This document shows positions 50,407 to 64,000 of a DNA stretch of 64,000 nt, one piece after another. The notes beneath the pieces were generated by a model that searched no databases, had not been told where the DNA came from, and saw only the letters and a list, made by a program, of their open reading frames with translations. Position 1 is the stretch's first letter. Each line of letters opens with the position of its first letter. This stretch comes from Callorhinchus milii (Eukaryota): assembly GCF_018977255.1 (NCBI RefSeq), contig NW_024704742.1, forward strand, positions 558,001-622,000, in the 5' to 3' direction. The translations under genes and the position numbers were made by a program.

Positions 50407-52911
50407 AATGGCAACCGTCAAAGTGCGCCTTCAATCCCTCTGAAGTTGTCGCTCCTAAAGGTGGGATGAGAGTTCCCCGAGACTCCAGGTCCTCCCGTGG
50501 TCCATGGCAGAGGCTCCCGGACACTGTCCCGCCATATATACATATTTATATTATTATATATAATAATAAGGTGCTATATTTCCTCTCGGTTTGTTTGTTC
50601 TCCACATCCCATTCCGTTAAATAAGGAAAATCTCCATCGTTCTGTCGGGTGGCGATGGTATTTATTTTCTGGCTATTAACTTGATGGAAGGACAACTGGA
50701 ATTGGCTTTGTTTCCAGTGAACCATATTCAGAGGAATCTTTGTCCAATTAATTGTCCTTTTGGACAGTGTCTGCGATGGTCCCCCGAGGGGGCTCCTCCA
50801 AGTCGTGTCAGCCTTTCTACAAGTAAATTAAGACTGGAGCTGTATGTAGATTAATTATTATTTTGGTGAGGATGTAGTTTAACCTTTTTTTGTGTGTTGT
50901 GGTCCAAGGCTTCTCTTCTCTTTACCTGAAGAAGTAGTTGGTGGCCACACAGGTGAATAAGACACGATGTGGGTAGTCCTCGCCCTGCCCCACCACCACT
51001 GTAAATAACTATATTGCCCGCACAACATATCCGTGGCCTTTTCCAGACTTTCATATCACACGAAACGGTTTATCCTCCTCACCCATTAATTACCAGATAA
51101 ACCGCTTTATTTCAAAAGGTGCACTGAAACACGTTGGAAAATATTTCCACCGCCCGAGTTTGACCCTGATCCTTTTTTTCTACTACTACTATTATTATTA
51201 TTATTATTATTTGGGGTTTATTTTAGTGTAATTTAATACGATGCAAATGTAGTAAAGTGCAGTAATTTCATAAAAGGGAACGGGCGGTATTTACCGTCCA
51301 GGAAGAGAGAGAGAAGTAGAAATATTTTTCGATTGTTTTAGAGAAAGAAAACTTCCATCAGAGTTCTACTTTGTTTTTAACATGAACTGAGATTGGAATT
51401 AACAGAGCTCACAGGTGAGAGATACCCTACACCGGGGGTCTGCCGACCGGGGGTCTGTGGGATTGTTTATTTTAAGATTGAGTGAGTTTGTGGGGTTTGG
51501 GGGGGGGTTTGGTGATGTGTTCTTTATTCCTCTGCTTTCGCGGATTAATTGGGAACATGTTGGTGGGTAATTGAAACCAATGACTTCCTTCCCTTTGTCA
51601 AATGTTTCCCGGTTTTGCTGGTTCCAGGAAAGGGGGGTTTGGTGGGGGGGTCGGTTGGGGGGTCGGTGGTTGGGTGGGGGGGTTTTGGTGGGGGTTTGGG
51701 GGGTGAAGAGGTTTGTGTTTGCATCGTTTTAGTGCCGGAAAGACCATCTCATTTCGTGCCTATCGCATTTTGCACAGAAAACCTAAAAGTCCTGTGAGAA
51801 ACTGCAGCGCACTCTTTATTAGTAGATATTTCATGAGACGTCACTTTTTCTTTTTTTTTCTTCGCAAAAGAAAATTTGCGGATCCGCAAAATTTCCTCTA
51901 TTTTGAAAGCAAAAAAGTCCATTTGAAGCGGTTGAGAATTTGCTGATCCGCAATTTTTTTTATTTTGAAATGTTTTTTAAAAAAATGAACGCTTTTTATT
52001 TTAGTTTTTATTTTTAAAAGTGATGTTTTATGAAATATCTTAAATAATAGTTTGTTTTGCTTATTAAAAACACACACACACATTGTATTCGGTCAAGTAG
52101 CTTTTTAATACAAGTTTATTATTATTAGTAGTAATTAATTATTATCTATATGTGTCTGTGTGTGTGTGTTCAGCAGTGGGTCTGTGTAACCCACACACAG
52201 TCACTTTACCCCCCCCCCCCCCCTCTACACATGTCGCTGTTTTTTTTCCCTTTTAACAACTAAAATCCCCCACAGGAAAGGAAAGTTGGAAGGAAGTTGA
52301 TCCATATCGAGGGACCACCTCCAAAGAAGGAAGGAAAAGAGGGGTTGGGGGGTGGGGGGGTGGGAGGTGTGTATTCAGGGGACCCCCTCCCCACCCCCTG
52401 ACAGGACAGAGCTCCTGGACCTCAACAGTGAGGACAAGTGGGGGTATCCGAGTTGTGCCCCAAGTCATTGGCAACTCCTTTTTGACGCAAATCCTTTGGC
52501 TTTTTGTCCAACAAATCCATTCACTGCGGATTGTAAATTTACGGAGTGGTCGTCATTTCATTAACTGGAGAAATCTCTCTCTGTGTGTGTGTGTGTGTGT
52601 TTATATATATATATATATTAAAAAGGTTTTTGTGGGAGGTTTACAATGTATTGTAGATGGCTGACTATATTTTGATCAGCCTCCCCCACCCTCACACCTT
52701 TACTACCTCACTAAACATTTCAACCCAAAGAGCTAATACTGGGTCTTCTAAAAAAAACACACACACACACATTCCCCTGAGAGTATTTACAGGGCGGGGG
52801 ACATTGTACGAAACATTCCTGTAAATACTGAACATCCCCCAATGAATTTCTTCAGAGAATAAGTGTTGGAAGTGGCAAGGATATCATCAAGTCGAGGTGA
52901 GGACATGTGCC

Positions 52912-53357
52912 TACACACACACACACATAGACACACACACATACACACATACATATACACACACACACATACATACATACACATACATACATACATACAT
53001 ACACACATACATACATACATACCTACATACCCTGTTCTGAATTTGAGGCCTCTGCTCTTGAAATCACTGCAGGTCGGGTATCTGTGTGAGTGTGTGTGTA
53101 TGTGTCTGCAGGTGTCTGTATGTGTGTATTTATGTCTCTGTGTGTGTCTGTAGGTGTCTGTGTATGTGTGTATTTGTGTCTGTGTGTCTCTGTGTGTGTG
53201 TGTCTGTAGGTGTCTGTATCTCTGTGTGTGTCTGTGTGTAGGTGTCTGTGTGTGTGTGTGTCTCTGTGTGTCTGTGTGTCTGTGTGTGTGTGTGTAGGTG
53301 TCTGTGTGTGTGTGTCTGTGTGTAGGTGTGTGTGGATGTGTGTGTGTGTAGGTGTCT

Positions 53358-53389
<32 letters not shown>

Positions 53390-53834
53390 AGGTGTCTGTG
53401 TGTGTGTGTCTGTGTATCTGTGTGTGTGTGTGTAGGTGTCTGTGTGTGTGTAGGTGTCTGTGTGTAGGTGTCTGTGTGTGTGTGTGTGTGTGTGTAGTGT
53501 CTGTGTGTGTGTGTCTGTGTGTGTGTGTAGGTGTCTGTGTGTGTGTGTCGGTGTCTGTGTGTGTGTGTCTGTGTGTAGGTGTCTGTGTGTGTGTGTGTGT
53601 CTGTGTGTGTGTCTGTGTGTCTGTGTGTAGGTGTCTGTGTGTGTGTAGGTGTCTGTCTGTGTCTGTCTGTGTGTGTGTCTGTGTGTGTGTGTGTAGGTGT
53701 CTGTGTGTGTAGGTGTCTGTGTGTGTGTGTGTGTCTGTGTGTGTGTGTAGGTGTCTGTGTGTGTGTAGGTGTCTGTGTGTGTGTGTGTGTCTGTGTGTGT
53801 GTGTGTGTGTGTGTAGGTGTCTGTGTGTGTGTGT

Positions 53835-53870
<36 letters not shown>

Positions 53871-53962
53871 GTGTCTGTGTGTGTGTAGGTGTCTGTGTGT
53901 GTGTGTGTGTCTGTGTGTGTGTGTCTGTGTGTGTGTGTGTAGGTGTCTGTGTCTGTGTGTGT
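52912..53962. repeat. (CA)/(CATA) tract followed by long (TG)-rich minisatellite with TAGGTGTCTG units
   Basis: Direct inspection; FGF2 intron 1. Confidence 0.98.
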
Positions 53963-54479
53963 GCCTTTTCCAGAGAGCGCTGCTTTGAAGCTCCTGTGTT
54001 TGCTCTTGGTTTTGTTGAGCTCTGAAAGGAAACTCACTTAAAAGATAATCTGCGTCAACTTCACGGTAGTGCTGAGCATTTCATTAACTGGCGAGAACTG
54101 AATGGATGGAGGCAGATGGAAAGGGAACCAAGTCTCTGCGTCTTAAGCGATGAAAACGGACGAAGACTGTCCTGTTTTGTGTCGCTGTGGATGAGTTCCT
54201 ATTTTGAATAATGCCTTTGTGGTTATTGACGGATGCCTCACAGTTGGTGAATAATGCCTTGTAGCTGATTCAGAACTCCTCTGCTTAACCCGGCATTCAT
54301 TTTCCACGTTTTGTTTACGAACGCCAATGGGAGAAGTTAAGGTTATTGTGAACCACTTCCCAAACCCGCACGGCGTTGAAATTACAGCAACCACAAACCA
54401 AGTGTGCAATGGTATCCTACTGACCACATTCAAACATACACATACATTGCTGTGAACCACATGTCATGATGATTCCAGG

Positions 54480-54503
54480 CCCCCCCCCCCCCCCCCCCCA
54501 CCC

Positions 54504-54545
<42 letters not shown>

Positions 54546-54550
54546 ACCCC
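54480..54550. repeat. Poly-C tract
   Basis: About 70 nt of almost pure C. Confidence 0.95.
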
Positions 54551-55917
54551 ACCACCACCATGAAATAGCTTCTTTGTACTTTGTGTAGATTATACTTTTT
54601 TTATTAAGAGCAAAAAGTGCACAAGACCTAATAAACTACATATTGTAAACACCGATTCATTCATCTGAACCATTTGGCAATTAGCTTAGATGTTATCCAT
54701 TTCTCATCCTGTTTTTGATTTTAATTGCTTACCAGATGTGGTGTAAAGAGTGCGTTTTGGGAGCGACGGATCATTATCTCCTTTCGCAGTGCTGATAATA
54801 AGGCGGAGAGTCATTAGTACAGTGTCATTAGTTCCCCATTGGGCTGAGTGGCTGCCTTCTGTTCTGTAAATATCTATGGGTGAAACCTTTCTATGGGTCA
54901 TCCATCTCCCGAGAAAGAAGTTGAATCCTGCAGCTTCTCACGCTGGACTTTTTACTTAATGTGTACAGTTCAAACATCCTGTTCAAAGGATGATGATTGC
55001 GAGACTCCCTTGAGAGGTTTGCCAGGAAAAGGCTCGACAGAGTGAATGAGTGGCACACCTTATATTCTCGGGTGAAGAGTGTAGTTTTGTTTGCATTAAG
55101 CGGCTTCCACAGGAAAGTTAAAGTACAGTGACAACTTTTGTTGGGCTTTGTTTCAAAATAGAAAGAACTTGCTGATCTGCAGTGTTTTTAAAATCTGCTT
55201 TTTACGCACTTTGTAGAAGCTTATCGTGATGAGGATCAGTTGGTTCAAATCCGTCATCTCCAAAAGCAAGTGACGTTTTACGAAATAACGAACGGTGGTT
55301 TTTTTGGTTAACATTTGCTTGTGGCCGAGTACCTTTTTAATAAGAAGTTTATGCTACTGTACTCAGTGGTAGCTATTCGGTTATTTAATGTATTTGTGAA
55401 GGTGTATGCAGAGAAAGGTTTTCAGCAATGCAGCAGTAAAGGGTACTGTGTGCAAGGTTTATTTTGCTCTTCTCCAAACTACGATATGGACAGGTGAACC
55501 GGGATAAACTGTAAGATTTTTGAGTGCAGTAGTGTGTCACAGACTGGTTGAACGCTGGATTTTCAATCCCGAGGGTAATGTAAAGTTGGCTGTACAGCTA
55601 AGCTGACTGATGAGCATTTAAACTCGCCTTTCCTGACGTACATGATCTTTCTTCCCTGCAGACTGTAGGAAAACCACTGCTTAGAACGAGAGCATATGCC
55701 TATGGCCATTAAGGGAGGGTCTGATGTAATGGTTGTGTTTAAGCCAAATTATAACTTTCTTACTCTCTCTCTCTCTCTCTCTCTCTTCCCACCCATTCAT
55801 CCTCCAGTGATTATTTGGTGTTTTCTGCCATGGAGTTGCCAAACTAACAGAAGCAGTTTTATTCATCCAACTGCTCATGCAGGTTTTTTTTTGAAGTTCA
55901 GAATCTTGCACTTGCCT

Positions 55918-55948
<31 letters not shown>

Positions 55949-57539
55949 CAATGCCATCCTTGTTTGCCGGAGAAAGTAATTCTCAGTAATTGGATAACTG
56001 CATTTGTTAAATATTGGAAATTGGCACCAACACCGACAGCTCATGTCTGGTTTCAAAAAGTGTTTATGCACTGCACAAACTTTGGTCTCAAGGTTTATGA
56101 CTTCACTTGCATTCTTCAGTTTAGATTACAGCCTTTTATTCACTCCAAGCTATCTGGTACGGCCAGCTTTCATGCGGAAATGAAATCTGTATTTGAAATT
56201 TGTTGCTTGCTCTCTGCGATGCTATAATTATTTTTATTGTTCAGTGGGTGGAAGGAGAGCTTTAAGCTGTTCATTGCATTTTCATCTGGAGATGAGTATT
56301 GCATGGACAGCGATCGCCGCTGTCGGTTGGAAAAATTAAGTCGCATTATTTTGTATAGTGCATTTCACATCGGTAGGACCTCCTTCCCAAAGTGCTTCAC
56401 AGGGTACACTGTAATGTGCAGTGACTGTGTTTGTGGGTTAACGCAGCAGCCAATTCGCACATCAACTGAGATAGATGGGAAAATCTGCATTTTTACAACA
56501 TTCTATGGGAGTGTCATTGGACGACGATTTCAAAATCCCGACATGGGGCTTGAACCTACAACCTTCTGATTCAGAGTTGAGATTGTGACCAACTGAGTCA
56601 AGCTTACACCCCCAAAGAAACATATTCCTTTACTGAAATTTTAAAGGGGGTCTACAATCAAGGTAACCAGAAATAAGGAAAGCCAAGGTGTAATTAATAC
56701 TATTCATCTCTTTTCCAAAGTGCTTTTCCAAAAAGTTCCTTTTAACCTTACAGCTTCTGGTGGAGATTGGCTTCATTGAGCAACTCCCAGGATGAGCATG
56801 TAATAGTATATCTCTTTTCTCTGCGGCAATTTCTGAGAAGCATCCCCTAAGAAATGAGTGTTAGTTTCCATTTTCCACTCCCAATTGTCCTTCAATTTTC
56901 CCTGAGAGAGTACTTCATCGTAGAGTTTAGTGTTCCGAACATATGCCAATGCTGAGAACATCAAACCTGATGAAGCTTGACCATGGTTTTGGCCGCTTCC
57001 TTTCACTCTAAATTGAAAGTCACACTCGAATACAAATGTTCAGCTCCTTGTCATTGTAATAGCAACTGCCCTGTCGTGTTACGAAGAAAGCTGGCCAAAA
57101 AGTGAAGGATCTCAATAATTCTCGTCGCCCACAGCAATTTCAGTGGTCTCCGAAGCCTATATGTATATTGTTCAGTGTATATTGCTGAAAATGCTGGGGC
57201 TTGCCAGAAGTAATAGAGTAACTAGCGACTGGATCTTGATATTCTGAATAAATCTAGAAAGTGCACGCACAATAATAGTGAGAAAGCTTTGTGCACCACC
57301 ATCTACCTGAAGATTTATTTTCCTTGCAATCACATGGAAGCCTCTCACTCTAAGCACCTGGCAATGTCACACTCCCCACCTTACAGATGTAAGGCTCATC
57401 TTCAGTCCTTGAACTGGCAATGGACTTTGGGGAAATCTTTTACCCTGGCTTCCCGGCATTTATACTTTCCCAACCTACAAGAGAAAATTATTATAATTGA
57501 TAAATAGCAGTCTTCATTCTAATGTTTTATTACCACAGG

Positions 57540-57863
57540 TGGAATTGTTCTCCTTCGGGGTCAGGTACCAGGGGACACAGATGTAGGATCATTGTCAAAA
57601 GAACCAGAGGGGAGATGAGGAGAATTTTTTTCCACAGAGAGCTGTGATGGTCTGGAATGCGCTGCCTGAAAGATTGGTGGAAACAGATTCAACAACAACT
57701 TTCAAAAGGGAATTAGATAGGTTCTTGAAAAGGAAAAAAATTGCAAGGATATGGGGAGAGAGCGGGGGAGTGGGGACTGATTGGGCAGCTCTTCCAAAGA
57801 GCTGCCACAGGTACATTGGGCCGAATGGCCTCCTTCTGTGCTGTAATATTCTATGATTCTATC
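57540..57863 (+). mobile_element. CR1 LINE 3' end
   Basis: VWNALPERLVETDSTTTFKRELDRFL peptide plus CR1 tail TTCTATGATTCTAT. Confidence 0.9.
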
Positions 57864-60800
57864 ATTATGATGCATAACAAAACATCGCTACTTTAGGTAA
57901 TCGGTATGGAAATCTTCAAGTTACAAACTTTTGAAGTGACTTTTGTTGGAAATTGCACCAGGGTTGCAAAGGCAGATGTTCAAAGCTCCACTGTATTTAT
58001 GTGTTGTTGGGGGCGCAGATGACTGTCTTGCTGGGGGTAAGGGAAAAGGTGCCTTTAGACTTCCGATGTAGCTTTAATTGGCTTGATCAAGATCACAAAA
58101 ACCCAGCAGTGCTTCATTCAGTTACTGACAGAGCTTCAACTGCCTAGGAACTTAAAATGTTCTTGCATACAAATGTACAAATCATCAACTATTTGTAAAG
58201 TTTTGGTGAAAGTTTTCATATATGAAGAACTGAGCGATGTATAAATCGGATTGCAGTCTTAAAAAGGGTTTGCCAACCTTCGCACTTTTGACCACAGAAA
58301 CGTTCTGTTTCATTCAATCGCTATACTCAGATCTTTCGGTCTATTACGCAGCATATGTCGATACAGCTGTATTACACTCCATGTGTACAAAGGGAATCGC
58401 ATTCCCGTTTCTTAATTGTCCTGTATCAGCCTGGCTCACTTGATAGCCCTCTCGCCTCTGCCTCAGAAGGCTGCGGATTCAATTCCCACAGCAGACTTTG
58501 AGCTCACAGTCTAGGCCAGTGGTCCAGATCAACCAAATACGTTTTCTTCATTGAATATTTCTTGATTTTATGCCACATTTAGATGAGATGTTAAACTGAG
58601 ATTCTGTCCGCCTGTTCAGCTCGATATTCAAAATCCCATGGCAACTGTTCAAAAATAGCGGGGATGTTTTGTAAAATATAAAATTGGTCGCTGTTTGTGG
58701 GGCATCGCTGCGTGCAAATTGGCTGTCGGGTTCACTTACAAATACACTCACTACAGCTTGCAATAAATCTTGTAAAGCTCCTTGATATGCTTGACCATGT
58801 GATAAGGAGCTAAATCGAAGGCAAGCATTATTTCCAAAACACACACAATAGACCCCTCAAACTGCACTCTCCACCCCCCCCCCACCCCCCCCACCACCAC
58901 CCCCACCGTACGTGGCCATTTTCTGTCTCAATAAATATTAGCCGAAAAACCCTCAAAACTCGGCAACAATAGAATTGGAGTGAGTCCATGTTGAATGTTT
59001 CGTAGCAACGGGCCATTCAGCCCATCGAGTTTATTAGATTTTGGCGTAATCTTTTAATAATTGTCCTTGTGATTTGATTATAGTGCCTTTTCACTATCGG
59101 AGGGCCACGAAATTAGGGCACAGATTTGTGCTGTGACGTGTGGACTCTGTATTTTGTAGTAATGTCCCACAAACTGTTACAAGTTGAATCAAGTCGTAGA
59201 TTGTCGGCCAGGACGGCAAGAGAAACTCACTGCCCTTTGAGTCGTGCCACAAGCTTTTCAGCATCCGTTCGAAAAGGCAGAGAGAACATCTCATTCCACA
59301 GAACGGCGCCTTCAACAACAGAGGGCTTCCCCCAGCACTGCGTCAGTTTGATTCCACAACCTTCTGACTCAGAGGGTCTCGTGGTACTAACTGAGCCAGG
59401 CTGACGGCACAAATTCCAATGCAATCCCTTTCATGTAACCCTTAATTAATAGCTCTGAGTTGTCTCAGTGACGTGATAAGGCGCTACAACAAAATGCAAT
59501 GACTATTACTTTATTATTATTATTATTATTTAAACTATATAATTTCCAACATTCAGTAGAACCCTCATAGCTGAATGTATATAATCTTAAGACATCGGCA
59601 ACATTCTAGATTTGATTGTTAAGAGTGTTATGATCAGTGATGCTTCATTTTCTCCCCGGTAAGCCACACGTTTAATAACAACTGCGTTCAGAATATGCCA
59701 TTAAAAATGTGAAAGCAAGCGCTGAATTGCTACCATATGTCTGTAGCTATCTTGTTTTAAAAATGATGAGCCACAGACTCAGGAATTTTATGATGCACAT
59801 TTTCTGGGCTGTCCATCGAGAGATTAATAGTCTTGCTGTACTGAAATTTAAAATGCGTAAGGGCTCACAGCACAGTTGAAGCATTAGTTATTACGGGTTG
59901 TACTCTCCTCCCAACACCCAGCTATATTCAAATATAATGTAGTTTGTTCCCTTCGTAGCTGTTTGAGGGACGTTGCTGGGTACAAATAGGCTGCTGTTTT
60001 TGCCAACAAAATAGTCGCGCCAGTAAATCCTGTGAAGTGCTTTCTGATTTCCTCCTGATACGACATCAAGTGCAAAGATTGTTATTGCTGCTATTACAAT
60101 ATTGGTGATGGACTGAAAGGTCTCAGTGCCCACCACCTTGGCATCTCAGTACAAAATAATATCGACATAGGCGTAACATTATATGGTTTATACGAAGAAA
60201 AATAGTACCAAAGATAAAGGTAATATTGCATCCAAAATTAGTCTGCGTTCTGATGGTACTATAAGGTAGTAAAGGGCAAGGTCACCTGATGGTGTATCAT
60301 CAGAGGTCTTGCTCTTAAATGTATACAACAAAATAAAAGCCTACCAAATAGTTAACTTATTTTTTTTAAAAAAAATCTAAATTCTCTTACTTCAGTTGTA
60401 TCCATATGAAAAGCAAAAGCTGCATAGCACAAGGATCTACAGTATTTAGGTTTAGACAAGTAAAACTCAGTTCAAATAATCCAAACAGGTTTTCCATCCT
60501 GATCTAAGAGTGAGCAGTCAGCTTCGCAGTGTGCCCTTAAAATTAATTTAGGCTTAAACATCAGGGGAATTAAACAGAGACTGTTTTTGCCACACTGAAA
60601 ATCAGTCATAACAAGGTAAAATATCTGCAGAGTGACAGAAGACAAGAAGTATGTGGGCATTACTGAAATATTTTCATTGAAAGTCAAGGTCAAAAGATTA
60701 TAGTTACTCCCCAGACTCTTGCTGCGTACTGGTTTGTCGTGGATGAACACACACTTAATTATTGGCAACAATTTGGCAGCCTACATTATTTGTTATTGGC

Positions 60801-61550
60801 AGAGTTTTTCCTTGTACATAAAATGACGGAAGGTATAAAATAGAAAAGTGGATACGCTGCTGGAATCTTTTTAATCAAATGCATCCCGCTGCAGGCCACC
60901 AAAAGCCTCTTATTTTGCGGGTTGGGCTGAGCTGTCTGGCAAAGGGTAGGGAATGTGATCGTCATATCGAATCTCGACCACTCAATAAATTGGTAAGAGG
61001 GGCGGAGTGGGAGGTACGAGCCATGTCCCCAGCTCCGCTTCTCTTGCCGCCACCCTCGAAGCGGAGATCGATGGGAAGAGAGGTGCAGCTGGGAGATAAA
61101 GGTGTCAATCGTACCCGGGGCCCCTCCGACCTCAAAGGCCCCAAACTTATTGGTTTATCTGGCTCTGCATGCGAATCAATTCACTGATTCTAGTGATTTG
61201 CTTTCCCGGTTGCCAGGATCAGTAAAGTGAATTGAATTGCATGTAGCGTAGAAAGGAAATGGACCTGTTGACCCAACTAATTTGTACCTGTGTTTATACT
61301 CTACCAGAGCCTCCAACCCTTTTAATCCCCTCTCCCACACCCTTCTATTCCCCTTTCCCGTATGTATGCATCAAATTTCCTCTTATACATGGATACTTTT
61401 GGCTTCAACCACAGCTTTCAACAAGGAGTTCATCAATCTCACCACCCTCTGCTTAAAGCAATTCCTCCTAATCTCCCTTTAAATCTGATACTAGCTGTTG
61501 TACGGTATTCATGCTCCCTCCCTTGCCAACATGTGGAAGCCTATTATATG

Positions 61551-61915
61551 TAATAATAATCCTTGCATTTGACATAGCGTCTGAGCGCGTCTTTGAGACG
61601 TCTCAAAGTGCTTCAAAGAATACACTGTAAAGTGACGTGACTGTACATTTTGTGGGCAAAACACGGCAGCCAATTGCGCACAGCAGTGTCCCACACACAG
61701 TCATGGGTTGAATGAGCAAATTATTTTATTTTTTCAAAGGGATTATTATCCCTGGACTCGCCAGTCGACTAACAACCGGGTTCCTACTTACTGCTGGTAA
61801 ACAGAGGCGTGTGGAGTAAGGAAACTTGCCTAACGTTTCGCCCTGTCTGGGAATCGAACCCGGGTCCTTTCACTTGCGAGGCGATTGCTCTAACCGCTGA
61901 GCTGCACGACTCCAC
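61551..61915 (-). mobile_element. Full-length tRNA-derived SINE (long variant)
   Basis: Reverse complement of the 6082 copy with B box GGTTCGATTCCC. Confidence 0.9.
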
Positions 61916-64000
61916 AAGTACTGTGCTAGGATTTCAGTAACACGTTCAGAAAACATCAACGACATAAGTTGATGCTAAGAATAAAATTTACCATCATCCT
62001 ATGAATAATTCATTTTGAACCATCTATTTTTGAAACCGAAAGATTTCAAGACTCAATAACTCACATTTTCCATACCGGCTCAGCACACTCATCGCTGAGG
62101 TGAAAGAAACTTGTGAATCCAGGAGAGTTGAAAATCTTCAATAGGTTTTGATGAAGGATCTAACCTGCAATCCTAAACTTTCTTTCAAATTCTAATATAC
62201 AATAATAGTAATACATTTACGTTCCCCTTATCGTATTCTTTCACAATTTAAAAAAAAAACCTTATCGGGTACTTTATACTTTGCAGCTAACGGACACCCT
62301 GACAAGGAATTCTTCAATGTTTAACGGTCGATTGTGAACCATATTTTTATTAACACTGAAATTGAAGACTGTGCTGGAACATGGCAAATACTCTCAGCTG
62401 CACATCCGTAGAAATCTTCTTAGTCTTTTCAGTTTGTCTGTTCGAACTGTTTTTCTGTTGTTCGCTACCAATTGGCAGACTTACTCAAGAGAGGCGGCAG
62501 GCACTGTTTGAGTGGTTTGAAAGAGCGAGGTGAACTCTAGAGATTGACTGAAATTGGCAAGCTTACACCGAGCTTACACTGGAGTTTGGAGAGTGGTTTT
62601 GTTCCATCTTGGTGTTGTGGTAAGCCACGGTGGCCAAATATTTGATGCAGCGTAATTTGCACACCGAGGAGGTTTTCGTTTGTTATTCCACAATTAGTAA
62701 TTAATGTAGGAATTTTACTTGGGAGACTGTTCGTTGAGGAACGGCATTAAATTGCCTCGCGGCAAACCAAGTTGATTAAAAACACTGTTAAACAAGGTGC
62801 GCTGCTATTTCAGTGTGATTGCACATATGTTTCGTCATGTTATGTAACAATTGGTGCTAGTCATATACCTGCCAGGAACTGACAAATGGCATCTGGTGGT
62901 TTAACTTGACATATTTAATTATTAATGTGCAGTGTCATTTGAAACTTGCTTTAGTCTAACATTTTAAATGCAGTGTAGAGTGTTTCCACAACTCCTCAAA
63001 AATGTTTTTGCTGTCAGGAAACATTCCCACTCCCCCACGGTGCAAATCAGTTGGCACAGGAACAAAAAAAACTTATCGTGTGAAGCATTTTGAGGCGTTT
63101 CAATATCAGAAGGTGCTACAATATTTATTGCAGGGATTAACTGCATACGCCATATACACAATTGCTTAAATGTAATACTGTATTGAGTCAATTTGTGAAG
63201 AGTGCATGTGGAGCTTTTTTGGTGAGTGACCCAGTGATGCTTGAGGGGGGTGGGGGGGTGGGAAGAGGGGAGATGGAAGCTTCAGATAATATCTTTTGAT
63301 GTCGCATCTTTTGATATGATGATATGTAGCTTTACAATAACAAGTAACTTTTACTGTAGAACAGTAAAATGTTCTACAATACAGCATCCCTCCAGTGTTG
63401 CGTGTGTACAATGCCTTCAGAGGTTTTCTGTGAAGAGCAGTGACTGTAACTGTAGGCAAACACGGCAGTCAATTTGCACACAACAATGCCCCGCAAACAT
63501 ACCATGAAGTGAATGACCAGTTATTTTTAATTTGGGAAATTTGTTGGTCAGGACACTGCGATAAACTCCCTTCTCCGAATAGTGCCGTAGGATCTTTAAC
63601 GCCCACCTGAACAGAAGATGGGACCTCAGTTTAACATTTCATCCAAAAATATGTTACGTTGAGGGTAATACAGTTTACCCCCAGCACTGCATTTGCTCTA
63701 TTCCTTCTCCAGAGAAGCTTGAAGTCTGTGGGTTTGAAACCGAATTAAAATGTTAAGCAACATATCATCATCTTCCATTCCAGTTGCCTTTAAAACTCTT
63801 GTTGGCAGAACATGGTGTCCCAGTAAACGTTGTCCAACTTACCAGTGGTCAGTTGTTTTTCTAAGGCCTCTTAACACAGTACCCTTATGGGGAGAATACA
63901 CTCAGTACAAATTAAAGTGTCCATTGGATTGTTTTTTGTTCAAAATCGGAAAAGTCTCTGCTTACACGCACGTGAATTTATTTGTTGTAGAGTAAATCCA

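Noticed and set aside
52787..54037. 416-aa His/Thr-rich ORF
   Set aside because: Translation of a TG-rich simple repeat.
54480..54550. Poly-C tract as a functional element
   Set aside because: Homopolymer length is unreliable in assemblies and there is no supporting context.
49469..64000. FGF2 exons 2 and 3
   Set aside because: No IKLQLQ...GVVSIKG...RYLAM-like or FFERLE-like segment was seen; they probably lie beyond the window.

Overview
Vertebrate genomic DNA, most likely a cartilaginous fish and possibly a holocephalan (inferred from the tRNA-SINE/DeuSINE, L2 and CR1 repeat content and protein divergence). Three genes are recognisable in the order known from human 4q27 (IL2-IL21-CETN4-BBS12-FGF2). 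(1) A complete 5-exon centrin on the minus strand (8663-22793, 171 aa, ATG-only first coding exon), CETN4 by position. (2) BBS12 on the plus strand (single coding exon 24994-27147), head-to-head with the centrin across a CpG-island promoter carrying RFX X-box, NRF1, CCAAT and GC motifs. (3) FGF2 coding exon 1 (49279-49468) followed by a long intron 1; exons 2-3 were not found. The rest is SINEs, L2 and CR1 fragments, two hAT MITEs, a probable non-autonomous Helitron, an internally deleted LTR element and long simple repeats. Most worth following up: BBS12's last codons and stop come from an antisense L2-type tail; a minus-strand IL2-like NFAT-TATA promoter with a broken signal-peptide-like ORF sits where IL21/IL2 is expected; an X-box/CRE/TATA module in centrin intron 1 could add an in-frame upstream exon to BBS12; and an unidentified two-exon minus-strand frame lies divergent from FGF2. 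No databases were searched; family calls rest on recognised motifs, and repeat boundaries are approximate.
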